From Veleropilina oligotropha (lineage: Eukaryota), in assembly GCA_048128005.1 (NCBI GenBank), contig JBEUKZ010000032.1, forward strand, positions 434,001 to 498,000: 64,000 bases of DNA. The letters are read 5' to 3'. The position numbers and the translations under genes are program-made. Positions 14,026 to 24,090 of this stretch are shown piece after piece. Position 1 is the stretch's first letter. Each line of letters begins with the position of its first letter. The notes below the pieces were generated by a model, which worked only from the letters and a program-made list of their open reading frames with translations, did no database searches and was not told the DNA's origin.

Positions 14026-15240
14026 TGAGTAAAACAAACTCGACGATCTTTTGTATGACATGTAGTAAAACTGTTAAGACATATCAAAGGAAACTATTGT
14101 GTACTGTATGTAACCAATTGGCCCACAAATATTGTATTACTTTGAATCCTGACGAATTTAATTATTTAAAGGATTCTGGATATGATTGGTTCTGTAAGAA
14201 TTGCTTGATTGATATGTTTCCTTTCAATAATATTGAAAATGAAGACGATTTCCAAATAGCCGTTAACTTAAAGAATATGCCAGTAAATATAAATACAGAA
14301 TTCTTAAACACATTACAATTTAACCCATTTGAATTAAATGACAAGGAATTTACAATAAACAATGATGACATAGATCCAGACAACAATTTCTACAATACAG
14401 CAACCAGTCATAAATGTAAATACATGACTGAAGACCAATTCAATGATGATATTAAACATAATCAATTTAAGAACCCACTCTCCATTATACATGTTAACTG
14501 TCGAAGTTTAAGGAAAAATTACAAAGCTATCAACAATTACTTAGACAGTTTAGATATTAATTTCTCAATTATAGCTCTCACAGAAACATGGCTAATTCCT
14601 GAAACTGAAAAACTATATGATATAGAAAATTACACGTGTGTATACAAATCAAGAATCACCTCTAAGGGGGGTGGAGTTGGATTGTATATAAGAGAAGATC
14701 TCCAGTTTAAACTAAGAGATGACCTCAGTTACTTCAACGAATCTATTTATGAATCCCTGTTCATTGAAATTGTACAAAGTAAGACAAGAAATATAATTAT
14801 TGGTGTGATCTACAGACCACCTGACCACAGCATTGAATTATTCCAAAAGGAATTAGACATTATTTTAACAATGATTAATAAGGAAAACAAATTAGTTTAC
14901 ATCGCAGGTGATTTCAACTTGGACCTTCTAAAATGTGACACACGAATTTACGGACAATTTCTTCAATAGCATGATCTCCTATTCCTTCTTTCCACTAATC
15001 AATAAACCAACTAGAATAACATCACACTTGACTACCCTGATAGATAACATTTTTACTAATAATTTGGGTCAAAAATGCATATCAGGAATACTGTTCACTG
15101 ATATATCTGATCATTTACCTGTCTTTCAAATAGTAAACAGTCATCTTTCACATCGAGTTAAGCCAAAAGTTATATATAAGAGGGATCTTAATCAACAAAA
15201 TATAGAAACTTTTAAAAATCAATTAGGAAACATAAACTGG
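14026..15240 (+). pseudogene. LINE ORF2 N-terminus: PHD finger + APE endonuclease (frameshift ~14940)
   Basis: CxxC...CxxC...HKxC...WxCxxC PHD pattern, then EEP endonuclease motifs spread over two frames. Confidence 0.85.
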
Positions 15241-15400
15241 AGCAGCAGGGGGGGGGGGGTGAATAGACTTTTTAGAATGGAAAAATAAGGCTCCCAGCCC
15301 CTGTTCAGAATAAGGAGGGGGGGTCATTGGACTTTTTAGAATGGGGAAATAAGGCCCGGGGCGACCGGGGAGGCTCCCAGCCCTATTTCAGAACTGAGGG
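15241..15400. repeat. Left terminal region (presumed TIR) with subterminal repeats
   Basis: AGCAGCAG + G-run terminus; 'ctttttagaatggRRaaataaggc' x2 and 'ggctcccagccc(c)tRttcagaa' x2; the same motifs occur at 62012-62165. Confidence 0.7.
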
Positions 15401-15480
15401 GCTCGTAATATATACCCCTAGGGCAGTCGATGCGAAATAACTGGTATGTTAGACGGTGTGTAGTTATACTTGAAAGCAAC

Positions 15481-15761
15481 ATGTCGCAGCCCCCCCCCCC
15501 CCCAAGATACCGCGAGAGCGAGATCAAGATGACAACTCTGGAAACGGACCAGCCGATAGAGACGATAGAGAGGGTGACCTGGAATACGTTCCTACGCTGC
15601 ACGGCGAAGGGAGCTCCAGGCGCGTTAGAAACCTCCTAAACACAGGCTGTGACGTTTTGATTGTCGAACTCAACGACGGTGACCAGGCGGTCTTTAGGAA
15701 GAAGACCGAAGACGGCAACAAGGGAGTTTTAACACAATTCCCGTCGTCCAAAGCTGTCTAG
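15481..15761 (+). pseudogene. Small accessory ORF (frame broken by a C14 run), absent from copy 2
   Basis: ATG TCG CAG + 14 C, then open frame PKIPRERDQDDNSGNGPADRDDREGDLEYVPTL...FPSSKAV* ending at TAG 15759-15761. Confidence 0.35.
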
Positions 15762-15913
15762 ACTGTCGGCGGACCCTCTGTGATATCCGTTGGCCACGCC
15801 CGTTTGAACCGTGCTGGTAGTAAGAGCCCGTAGGGACGGCCCGTTACCCTCGCCGGCCCGGGCTCTCTTTTAGACATACCCATTGGACGGGTATATCCAA
15901 TGCAAAGGATACG

Positions 15914-16189
15914 ATGAAGGGCAATGACACCTGTCAATGGCTCACCATAAGCTCCACGGAGTTATGCGGTAAGAGATGTCTGAGCGAGTTTTGCAAAGTC
16001 CACCTGGCTCAGCTACTGCGAAATGGTCGGGGTACAAAACCCTGTAGGACATGTGGAAAAGGCGTCTTCAACCGGTGTACGTTGTGTAAGGGCTGTGGGT
16101 TTAAGCTTGAGAACGATAGGGATTGGCAACGAAAGAAAAGGGCCTTCCAGAGAGAGTTTCTCCGCACGGCTGCGATGTACCACACGTAA
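15914..16189 (+). CDS. Small Cys/His-rich zinc-finger protein of the element
   Basis: C-x10-C...C-x2-H followed by CxxC...CxxC; intact and the same length (91 aa) in copy 2 (62294-62569). Confidence 0.75.
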   Translation: MKGNDTCQWLTISSTELCGKRCLSEFCKVHLAQLLRNGRGTKPCRTCGKGVFNRCTLCKGCGFKLENDRDWQRKKRAFQREFLRTAAMYHT

Positions 16190-16240
16190 ATTTCCTATTA
16201 GAGAAAAGATCGACCTAGTGTATGCCCACCGCATATCGCA

Positions 16241-19200
16241 ATGGTACGTGCCTCCCTCAGAGAACTGCGTAATTTAGCAGAAGATTATGGGCTTCCCGCT
16301 CGGTCGAAGCTCAAGAAAAACGACCTCATCCGAGCAATAGCCGGGGTCCGTGCTGCCGAGTTTCGGAGGAGACTCGAGCGGGCGATGAAAACGGGAAGGT
16401 TCCCCTCCATACGTGGAGATGTGGAGAACCCCCACAAAAGAGGCCGTCGTGCTCGCGAATTGCGGCAGCTTAAGGACGAGGTCGAGGTGGCCCTCAAGGT
16501 CCGTAAATACGAAATCCAAGCTGCGAAAAAGCCCGGGATTCGACAGAAGCCACTTCGTAACATCACGGATCAAATCGTCAAGCCACACCTGCACGGTCTG
16601 ACTCGGTCTCGGAAAGAGACCCTTGCCCGGGCTATTGCTCGGAAGGGGCCCCGGGATCTTCTGAGAGATCACTTAGCCTCGGATGAATATTATTCCCTCT
16701 CCAAAACGCCCCGGACAGCCCAGGACTACCAGAAGGATCTTCTAGGGCTGTTTACCACAACAGGGGCAACAATTCATCGACCTGGATGACCAGGCCCCTC
16801 CCCCAGTAAGGCTCCCAGCAGACGAGCCATGGGTGGAACTCTTGAACGACGCCAAAGACGAGTTTGAGGTCGATGGCGCCGCGGCGGCCTTCTCCACATG
16901 GAGGGTAGAAGTGGACGTTAAGATCGCACACGGTATCGAAGCGAGGGCTGGCCGGCTGGCCCTGGATGCCCGTATGACAGATGCGAGGGCGGTACAGCTC
17001 CTCACAGCCCTTCCAAAAGGCGAGTATGTCCTTAGAATCAAGTTCTTGCGTGAGTGGCATGAAGGCGACTGGGTGGTCGAAGACAAGTTTGACCCGGTGA
17101 AAGCTGCGAGAAAGAAGGGCCAGGGTATCTTTGAGATATCCCATGACACTAAGCCGGGTGCTATCACTGGGGTCGACAAAGTCTACTACGAGAACACCTA
17201 CCCGGTCACTGCAGTCGTCTACGGCCTCTACCCTCTCAGAGAACCAAACTTGGTTCCAATGAAGAACGGCGACCTCAACTGCGTTGCCCAAAGAGTGATT
17301 GAGCACTTTGAAGGTGCCCTGAGAGGAAACGGACTAACTCCGACACGGCGGCAGAAAGTACAGGAGTGGGAAGAGCGAGTTCATGCAACAGGCGCCACTG
17401 TGGATGATATATCCATCCTCGAGAAGATACTGAAGCGGGCGATTATCTTGAGAGACATTGCAGGTGCGGACATCTATAACTCTGGTAAATACCGCGGTCA
17501 AGGAAACAATACATTCAGAAAAGTCGAACTCATCTGTCACAACGGCCACGCCTGGCCCAAGGACCTTCATTTCCCGCAGTCTCGCGAGGTCCACCTGTAT
17601 AAGGGCGATGTCTGGGAAGCTATCCGACAAGCCACACAGAACGAGCCATTAGCTAGCTGTCTGGCTCCTTGGCGGTACAGACCGACAGCTCAACGTGGAC
17701 CAGTTCGTGCTGCAAGACGGCCGCACTTACAGAACGAAAGAGACTCACACCGCTCTTCAGGAAGCCTGTAAGGCTCTGGGGAATGAGTCTCTTGCCGATC
17801 GAGCCTTTGGCGAGAACCATGCAGCTAGCATTATGGCCAAAGAGAACAACGGCTGGAAACCCACCCCGGCTGGTCTGCTCGATGACATCCAGAAGGCCTG
17901 CGTAGAGCATGGTCACGGTGGCCTTTGGAATTCCATGAGCTATGATATGAGAGACATCGTCTGCATCGATATGAAATCCTGCTACCCTGCCAGCTTTCAG
18001 GGGAAGGGCGAGGCTAAGCCATATTTCGAAAGATTCGGACACCCAACCCACCGCATGACTCGTGTCGCAATTAACGGTCCTCTTCCCCAAGAAATCGGTA
18101 CTGGCTTTGCCGAGGTCGTGGAATGGGAGTTTGCACAAGAGATCCACCCCACCATTCCCGCCTGGTTCGGAAAGCACTTTGCAGAAAATAGTTGGGCACC
18201 GACCCCGCTGCTCGTCTTCCTCCTAGAATCTGGACTGCTAAAAAGCCTCCAGATTCGAGAAGCCATCATCGCATTCAAAAAGCAGACCGAGGTCTGGCTT
18301 CCGGAGAATCGTGACCAGGGCTGCAGCATCATCGGCAAATTTACTCAGGGCAGCAAAGCTGACGGAAAAAGACTGACACGAAGGCTTGTGATTGACCAGG
18401 GAGAACTGGACTTCCTGGTAAGAGACACCCGCCACAGCGGTACCCTGGTCGGCGCACCTCAAAGGTGCCCTATGGGGCACATCCTCACGTACTATGATGG
18501 CTCACAGCCACAGTACACCCACCTGAGGGCATCGATGCTGGCCTATGCCCACATAAACCTCCTCTCAAATATCTTCAGCGTTTCACCCCTGAGGAGGCCG
18601 TCCGAGTGGCCACTGACAGCATCTACCTCAAAAAGGCCTCGTTGGAGAAGCTCGACGATGTCAAGGCGTACATTGCCCCCCAACTCTGCGACTGTGGCGA
18701 GAAATCTTGCATCTCCTGTCTGATCGGGGAGACGTACCTTCCGCCAGTATCACCAGCCCAGTGGCGTGACAAGCGCGAACAGCTGTATTTGCCACAGGAA
18801 CATGCTGCATACCTGCCCAAGCCAGAGTATTGTTGTGCCGCCAATTCCAGCCAGCCAAGCACCGCGCCATGCTACAATGACACACTGACCCACCATCACC
18901 TGAGTTACCTCAATGGTGGAGGGGCTGTGGCAAGACTACGAGAGCGATAGAGCTCTTTCGGGCAAGAAATCCCATCGTGTTCACGCCAACGCACCGCCTC
19001 GCTAAAGAAATGCGGACCAGGGGTGTCAAAGCCCAGACCTACCACAGCTTCTTCCGATGGAGCGGCCAGAACGACTGGACGCCCGACCGCATGGGTCAGA
19101 AGTTCATCCTTCGCGTCATTATCTGGGACGAGATCTGTACTGTTCCCAGGCACATCCTCGAGATGTTCCTGGACTGGCTGGTCCACCACGAAGTTCAGGT

Positions 19201-20290
19201 TATCTGCTGTGGGGACCAGGGCCAGCCACCACCGATTACGGGGGAGATGCCGCACGAGTGGCTGCGAAAGACCGCGGACTACTATGAGGAGATCGAAGTA
19301 GACTACAGGGCGAAAGACGACCCTGCCCCCCAAGCCCTGAAAAGACGTATCCGCCTCCAGCCCGACAAAATCCAGTGCCAGGAAATGCGTAAGACTCTCC
19401 CCAGCTGCCTTGGATGGGACCGGTTTGTCAAAGCCTGGAAGCCTGGTGACCTAATCCTCACCAGCCGTCAGAAGGTCTGCGAACGGGCTCAAGAGCTGTT
19501 GCTCCAGAGGCACAAGGAGCACTTCCCAGACTCCCAGGTTCCTATCCTTTACCACCCCAGGGACACCCGTAAGCAAAACATCATGGTAACAATTCCGGGC
19601 ACCGACGAAAGACAGGAGCTAGTTCTCAACGACGTCGTCGAGGTCACGATTGAGGCCACTGAGTGGGCTATCCTGACCCCGGATTGGCGCCTGGGCTATG
19701 CTCTCACAATCCATTCAAGCCAGGGTCTTACGATTCACGACCCACAGAAAGTCTGGATCATCGACGACTACCTTCAGTGGAGTAATCTCGCATACCTAGC
19801 TGTGTCCCGGGTGGAGTATCTGCATCAGCTCGAACGGGTAACCTGTCCTCCGGATGAGGGTTCTGAGGACAGGCCCCCCCACGCGCAAGCGCAGCAGAGC
19901 AAGCAGCAGCTCCGAAAAACCATCCAGAGGAAGCTCGTGGCATACATGCGCCAGGACCAGGCAAAGGGACTCCAGGGATTTAACCTCAAGGTCGAAGACA
20001 TCCTGCAGCTCAAAGAAGCCCAAAACAGCCAATGCGCAGCATGCAACATAGAGCTGCTCTGGGCCTACCAGCCCAAAGATACACAGCAGTTCAGTATCGA
20101 CCGTGTGGACAACAGCAGGGGCCACATCTGCGACAACGTGCGCTTAACGTGCCTGGAATATAATCGAAAAAGAGGATTTGCGGCTGTTAACGCAGCTGGG
20201 TGTCACGAGGCACCACGAGCAGTTCCTCTCGAACGAACCCACGCGGTGGTCCATCGAGCAAGTAGTAGAGCACAGGCTCGTCAGGTTTAG
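16241..20290 (+). pseudogene. Fused replicase: HeH/Rho-N-like domain + divergent family-B DNA polymerase palm + SF1 (RecD/Pif1-like) helicase + endonuclease-VII-like Zn domain; four frameshifts
   Basis: CIDMKSCYP (~17962-17988, motif A), IIGKF (~18328, motif B-like), VATDSI (~18606, motif C); GGGGCGKT (~18915, across a 1-bp slip), IWDE, CGDQGQPPP, YALTIHSSQGLT, AYLAVSRV; CAAC...SIDRVDNSRGH..DNVRLTC. The frameshifts at ~16760 and ~17650 are absent in copy 2. Confidence 0.8.
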
Positions 20291-21218
20291 TGATGGAGCG
20301 TCCAAGCCGATGAACCTTCAAAGACCACACCGGGTCCGTCGCTCGCCGGCGACCACCTTCCAACTCGCCGGGCTGGTATAGGTAGCGAACATCTACGTCA
20401 GAGGGGAGTTTCTGTTCCTTCCCCTGTCGGCCTGGAACAGTGGAAGGATTTTGTACAACGCGAGGCGCCTTGATGGCGTCCTTGGGCTTTTTACCAGTGA
20501 GGCGGGTCACTTCCCCATTCAAGGCCGCAACAACGGCGGGCAGCCTGGCCACCCACTCAGTCGACCTTTGACCCTCTTTTGCAGTCCCTGAGAAACGCAT
20601 CTCTTTTGCATACTGGTGCCCGAAGAGCCGCTCAGCGAGCGTCCGGTTGAAGCGCTCCACGATCCCTTGGTCGCGATGAATATCCACACGGCCACACCTA
20701 ACCTCGACGTTATTTGTAGCCAGCCGCTGGGAGACCGCGCCCATAAACTCCCTCCCTGGGTCGACTTGAAGCAGTTTCGGCCAGCTAAGAGGACTCCGCC
20801 TGTAGATTCGAGACAGAGCTTCAGCAACCCCTTTGGCCTCTTTTGTGGCCAGAGGCTCAGCCTCTTTGTAGCGTGAGGCCACGTCAACAACCGTCAGCGC
20901 ATACTTGTAGCTCCGTTGCTTTCATGCCAAGCCCACTGTGTCATGGGGCAGAAACAGGAGGTCGGCTTGGTGAACCTTGTTCGGCGTTACGACGTCGAAT
21001 TTTGGTCTTGGAATCCGCCGTGGCACAGGTAAATAGATTTGCCAGATGGCCTGCGTCTTCAGCCAATCCCGGGCCACGTCTTCAGAGACATCTACTGCGG
21101 CCGAGAGATGTTGTATCGCGGCGATCCCTTTCCAGTAGCCTCGGGGGCTATAGTAGCTATTCGCAAGCTTCCGGTCGAGTTCGTTACCCATCAGGGGCTT
21201 TTGTCTCTTCGCTGCCAT
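20187..21218 (-). pseudogene. Retroviral-like (RVE / c-integrase) DDE integrase with one in-frame nonsense codon
   Basis: HQADL...KYALTVVDVASRY...LQVDPGREF...IVERFNRTL...W...LP.VV..LN. ORFs 20922-21218 and 20187-20882 are in the same frame, separated only by TGA at 20922-20924. Confidence 0.9.
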
Positions 21219-21438
21219 CGAGGCTTGCGAGGTATTCCAGCAACGTGATCAGTCTCCAACAGGCTTCAGCGGCCGGCTCCGGAAGCTGCCCAGTCGTCGC
21301 CCGTATGTTGGTCGGGCCCGAGAGCACCATGACCGCGAACCGCACCATAGTCTTTTCATTGCGCCGCCAGCAGTCGAGTGACGTAGTACCAAGGCCCACC
21401 TCTAGCAAGGCAAAGTACAGCTCTTCTGGGAGCCCCAT
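21184..21438 (-). CDS. Small hypothetical protein of the element
   Basis: ATG at 21438 (MGLPEELYFALLEVG...); fills the gap between the neighbouring co-directional genes. Confidence 0.4.
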   Translation of the reverse strand: MGLPEELYFALLEVGLGTTSLDCWRRNEKTMVRFAVMVLSGPTNIRATTGQLPEPAAEACWRLITLLEYLASLDGSEETKAPDG

Positions 21439-21484
21439 TATTATACATGTCCACGAAAAAAATGTCCACTGGAAATAATAGCAC

Positions 21485-21913
21485 TTAGGCGAGCTTGTAG
21501 GCGACCAACCCGGTCGCAGCCATCCCCAGGATGACGAAGGCGATCTCACGATTTTTCTGGCCATCACTCGGCATGTAGTAGTCAGACAGGGCGGGCTGGG
21601 GGCCACCCCCCAAACTGGGGTCAAGGTTCTTGCCGGTGATCATTGCATACTCACGGATCGCGGCGTCAACATCCCGGAATGTGCCAACAGCGTGACCCTG
21701 GCGGCGAAGTTCAACGTTAAGCCAATCGAGCCGCTCTGCCCGCTTTTGGGACCATTTAGTCTGAGCGGCCTGGAGCTGCTCTACGGCTTTGTCATGACGT
21801 TTACGCTCCACATCAACACCGGAGCTGCGTAGCTTCGAGAATAGGAAGTTGGACCCGCTGAAGGCGAGGGCGTTAACGAGAGCGCCCCCAACCAGCATCG
21901 CTACGGAAGCCAT
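21485..21913 (-). CDS. 142 aa protein with hydrophobic N- and C-terminal segments and a central coiled coil
   Basis: MASVAMLVGGALVNALAFSGSNFLFS...ERKRHDKAVEQLQAAQ...EIAFVILGMAATGLVAYKLA; tightly packed in the gene array. Confidence 0.7.
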   Translation of the reverse strand: MASVAMLVGGALVNALAFSGSNFLFSKLRSSGVDVERKRHDKAVEQLQAAQTKWSQKRAERLDWLNVELRRQGHAVGTFRDVDAAIREYAMITGKNLDPSLGGGPQPALSDYYMPSDGQKNREIAFVILGMAATGLVAYKLA

Positions 21914-21931
21914 TAAATCTAGCAGGTCCCA

Positions 21932-22171
21932 CTACTTCAATATGTCGGCCGGAATGATGCCCTGCTTGATCAGCATATCTTTCGTCGCCATGGCGAGCGC
22001 TACGTCGAGGACGACCATCCCCACATCGTAACCCGTGAAGTCCAGCTTGGGGCTCGCTCCCTTGAAGGCCATCTTTACCAGGCGTGAGTAGCCTATGGCG
22101 AGGCCTGACACTATGGCCGAATGATAGACGGCGTTGCCGAGCATTTTTCCATCAGTAATCGGGGTAGTCAT
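21932..22171 (-). CDS. 79 aa small hydrophobic protein
   Basis: Intact ORF with two hydrophobic stretches, 12-18 bp from its neighbours. Confidence 0.65.
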   Translation of the reverse strand: MTTPITDGKMLGNAVYHSAIVSGLAIGYSRLVKMAFKGASPKLDFTGYDVGMVVLDVALAMATKDMLIKQGIIPADILK

Positions 22172-22183
22172 GTTGTACTGCTA

Positions 22184-22730
22184 CTATCGCATATCGAAAG
22201 GGTTGTGCCTAGTCTCCAATTCGATGGTGGCCCGGGGCTGCCTCGCCTGTGCTGGTGGCTGTTGATGTGGTGTGGATGGACCACTGCTGCGTTTCCAGAC
22301 AACAAATAACAACGCAACCCCGCCTGCAGCGAAGAGGGTTGGGGCCAAATTCAATGGGTCCGATTTCCGTGTAGCTGACTGTACGGCGCGAACGTCCTTT
22401 TCGACCGCGGTCACCTCGGCTGGGGTACTGTGTGGCGCCTCCGGCAGTTCTGAAGGAACTTCGCTGACGGATACTTGTCGAGCGTCTTCTTTGAGTCAGC
22501 AAGGAGCCAGCAAGGAGCCTCTCCTGCTTGGCTTTCCGAGCAGCAGCACCGGCCCGACCTGCAGCCACCTTCTTAGGGTCCTTCCCCGAAGAAGAGGTCA
22601 CCCTCTCTATCGGCTGGGTCACCCTCTCTATCGTCTCTATCGGCTGGGTCACCCTCTCTATCGGCTGGTCCACTTCCGGCGTTGTCATCTTGATCTCGCC
22701 CTCGCTCTGGTATCTTAGGCGGGCAAACAT
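22184..22730 (-). pseudogene. Basic/low-complexity protein with a C-terminal transmembrane segment (frameshift ~22500)
   Basis: MTTPEVDQPIERVTQPIET...KDPKKVAAGRAGAAARKAKQERLL in one frame continues as ...LAPTLFAAGGVALLFVVWKR...NPFDMR in another. Confidence 0.55.
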
Positions 22731-23382
22731 GTCCAAATTGGCAGTGCTTAGCCGTGGTCAGCGCTGCGGTCAGCGGTGCGAGGTACATGCCGTATTTGTG
22801 ATACAGCTCACAGCTTGCAGTGCACAGCGCGTGTGAGATGAAAGGGTCGGCCTCCAGGTCGGCGACCAGACGTATTTGGTTTTCCGGTGGAATGGGCAAG
22901 AACATCCCAGCTGCCCCCGCATACAGGTGTATCACCGCAGTCCCCAGGGTTTTCGTCATCTCGGCGCCGAGCCTCGCTTCATACCTCGCGTGGTGTCTAT
23001 CAACCTCTTCGGCGGTCATGGCGTCGATCCGGTCCACCGTGAGGTTTCGCCCCAAGTATCGGTGGGCTTCCCCTCCAACGGCTAAGGCCGCGAGCCTCTC
23101 CCGTTTCTTTGCCGTGCCGGAGTTACTGACAGGTTCCTTGCCGGAGGTCGTGGAGTGGGAGGGGGGTGGGTGGTGGGGCCCCCCCCCCCCGGGGCAGACC
23201 GGTGTGGTCATTTCTTCCTCGTCATCCATGAGTTGATCGATGAGGCTGTCCATCCTCAAGCGTTTCCAACATCTCCATGCCGGTCTAATATAACCGTAGT
23301 ACAGCCAGGACCACAATGCTACCTGCAGCAGCAACAGCAGGCCCTGGCTGCAAGCACATAATATGTATACCGCATCCGACAT
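22573..23382 (-). CDS. Hypothetical protein of the element with an N-terminal hydrophobic segment
   Basis: 269 aa ORF; helical core KKRERLAALAVGG...YEARLGAEMTKTLG...DPFISHAL...LAPLTAALTTAKHC. Confidence 0.65.
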   Translation of the reverse strand: MSDAVYILCACSQGLLLLLQVALWSWLYYGYIRPAWRCWKRLRMDSLIDQLMDDEEEMTTPVCPGGGGPHHPPPSHSTTSGKEPVSNSGTAKKRERLAALAVGGEAHRYLGRNLTVDRIDAMTAEEVDRHHARYEARLGAEMTKTLGTAVIHLYAGAAGMFLPIPPENQIRLVADLEADPFISHALCTASCELYHKYGMYLAPLTAALTTAKHCQFGHVCPPKIPERGRDQDDNAGSGPADREGDPADRDDREGDPADREGDLFFGEGP

Positions 23383-23457
23383 GTGAGAGCTTGCTCAGTA
23401 GATGCCTGGTAGGTGCCAAGGAGATGCCTGGTAGATGCCTAGCTTGCTAAGTAGCTG

Positions 23458-24090
23458 CTACAACACGCTATAAGCAACGGGCTGGTCAGTTTTCAACAGA
23501 AGTTTTAGGTGTCGCGTCTCGGCCAACAGAGCCCGCACCGCGGTCCTTTCATCCTGCGACGGGATTACGTCGTTCTCGCGGAGCGCGTCCTCGAAGGAGT
23601 CCCGGTCCTTACAATGAAACAGCGCGATCCAGCGAGTCTGATCTCGCAGCTCCTTCAGGACCGAGTTGTACTTCTGCGTCACCACCCATACACTCTGGGA
23701 GGCATGCCTTCCACTAAATGCCAGCTCCGTCAGAGTGTCCCGTTTCTTGGCGAGGGCTTTGCTGGCGGCGCAGTCGTCGATTATATACAGGGTCGGCTCC
23801 CCCTGGAACAGCCGGTAGAACCCCCGCAACCAGTCATGGAGTCGCTCACCGGGGGGGACTATATAAACCTCCGGGTCAGTCCAGATCCACAGACAGGACT
23901 GGTAGGCTTTATTGTACTTGATCGTGGGGCAGAGGATTACGATGTGCCGGAACACCCCCCGATAGACTCCTTTCAGCAGTTCCAGCATGAAAACCGTCTT
24001 CCCACAACCGGTCTGGCCGCATATGATCGCGGAGTGGGGGTCCTTGGTGTGCGGGAAACGTCTAGTACAGCGCTGTGACAAATCGGCCAT
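23458..24090 (-). CDS. A32-like (FtsK/HerA superfamily) DNA packaging ATPase
   Basis: Walker A GQTGCGKT, Walker B YIIDD, SGRH arginine motif and VVTQ motif; intact 210 aa. Confidence 0.92.
   Translation of the reverse strand: MADLSQRCTRRFPHTKDPHSAIICGQTGCGKTVFMLELLKGVYRGVFRHIVILCPTIKYNKAYQSCLWIWTDPEVYIVPPGERLHDWLRGFYRLFQGEPTLYIIDDCAASKALAKKRDTLTELAFSGRHASQSVWVVTQKYNSVLKELRDQTRWIALFHCKDRDSFEDALRENDVIPSQDERTAVRALLAETRHLKLLLKTDQPVAYSVL

Larger units (their letters stand above)
12871..15240 (+). mobile_element. CR1/L2-group LINE, 5' part (5'UTR, ORF1, PHD + AP endonuclease of ORF2), interrupted by the Polinton-like insertion
   Basis: ORF1 13135-13725; ORF2 from ~14026 with PHD finger, IHVNCRSL, LTETW, GGGVGLYI, IYRPP, AGDFN, LIDNIF, ISDHLPVF; the frame breaks at ...GNINW (15240). 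Confidence 0.85.

Noticed and set aside
15820..15870. Twister-like ribozyme on the minus strand (GAGGG, UAAC, GUCCC words)
   Set aside because: The required stems and spacing could not be assembled by eye; kept only as a conserved hairpin.
18915..19840. Autonomous Helitron (Rep/Pif1 helicase)
   Set aside because: No HUH Rep motifs; the helicase follows PolB-like motifs and sits among capsid, ATPase and integrase genes.
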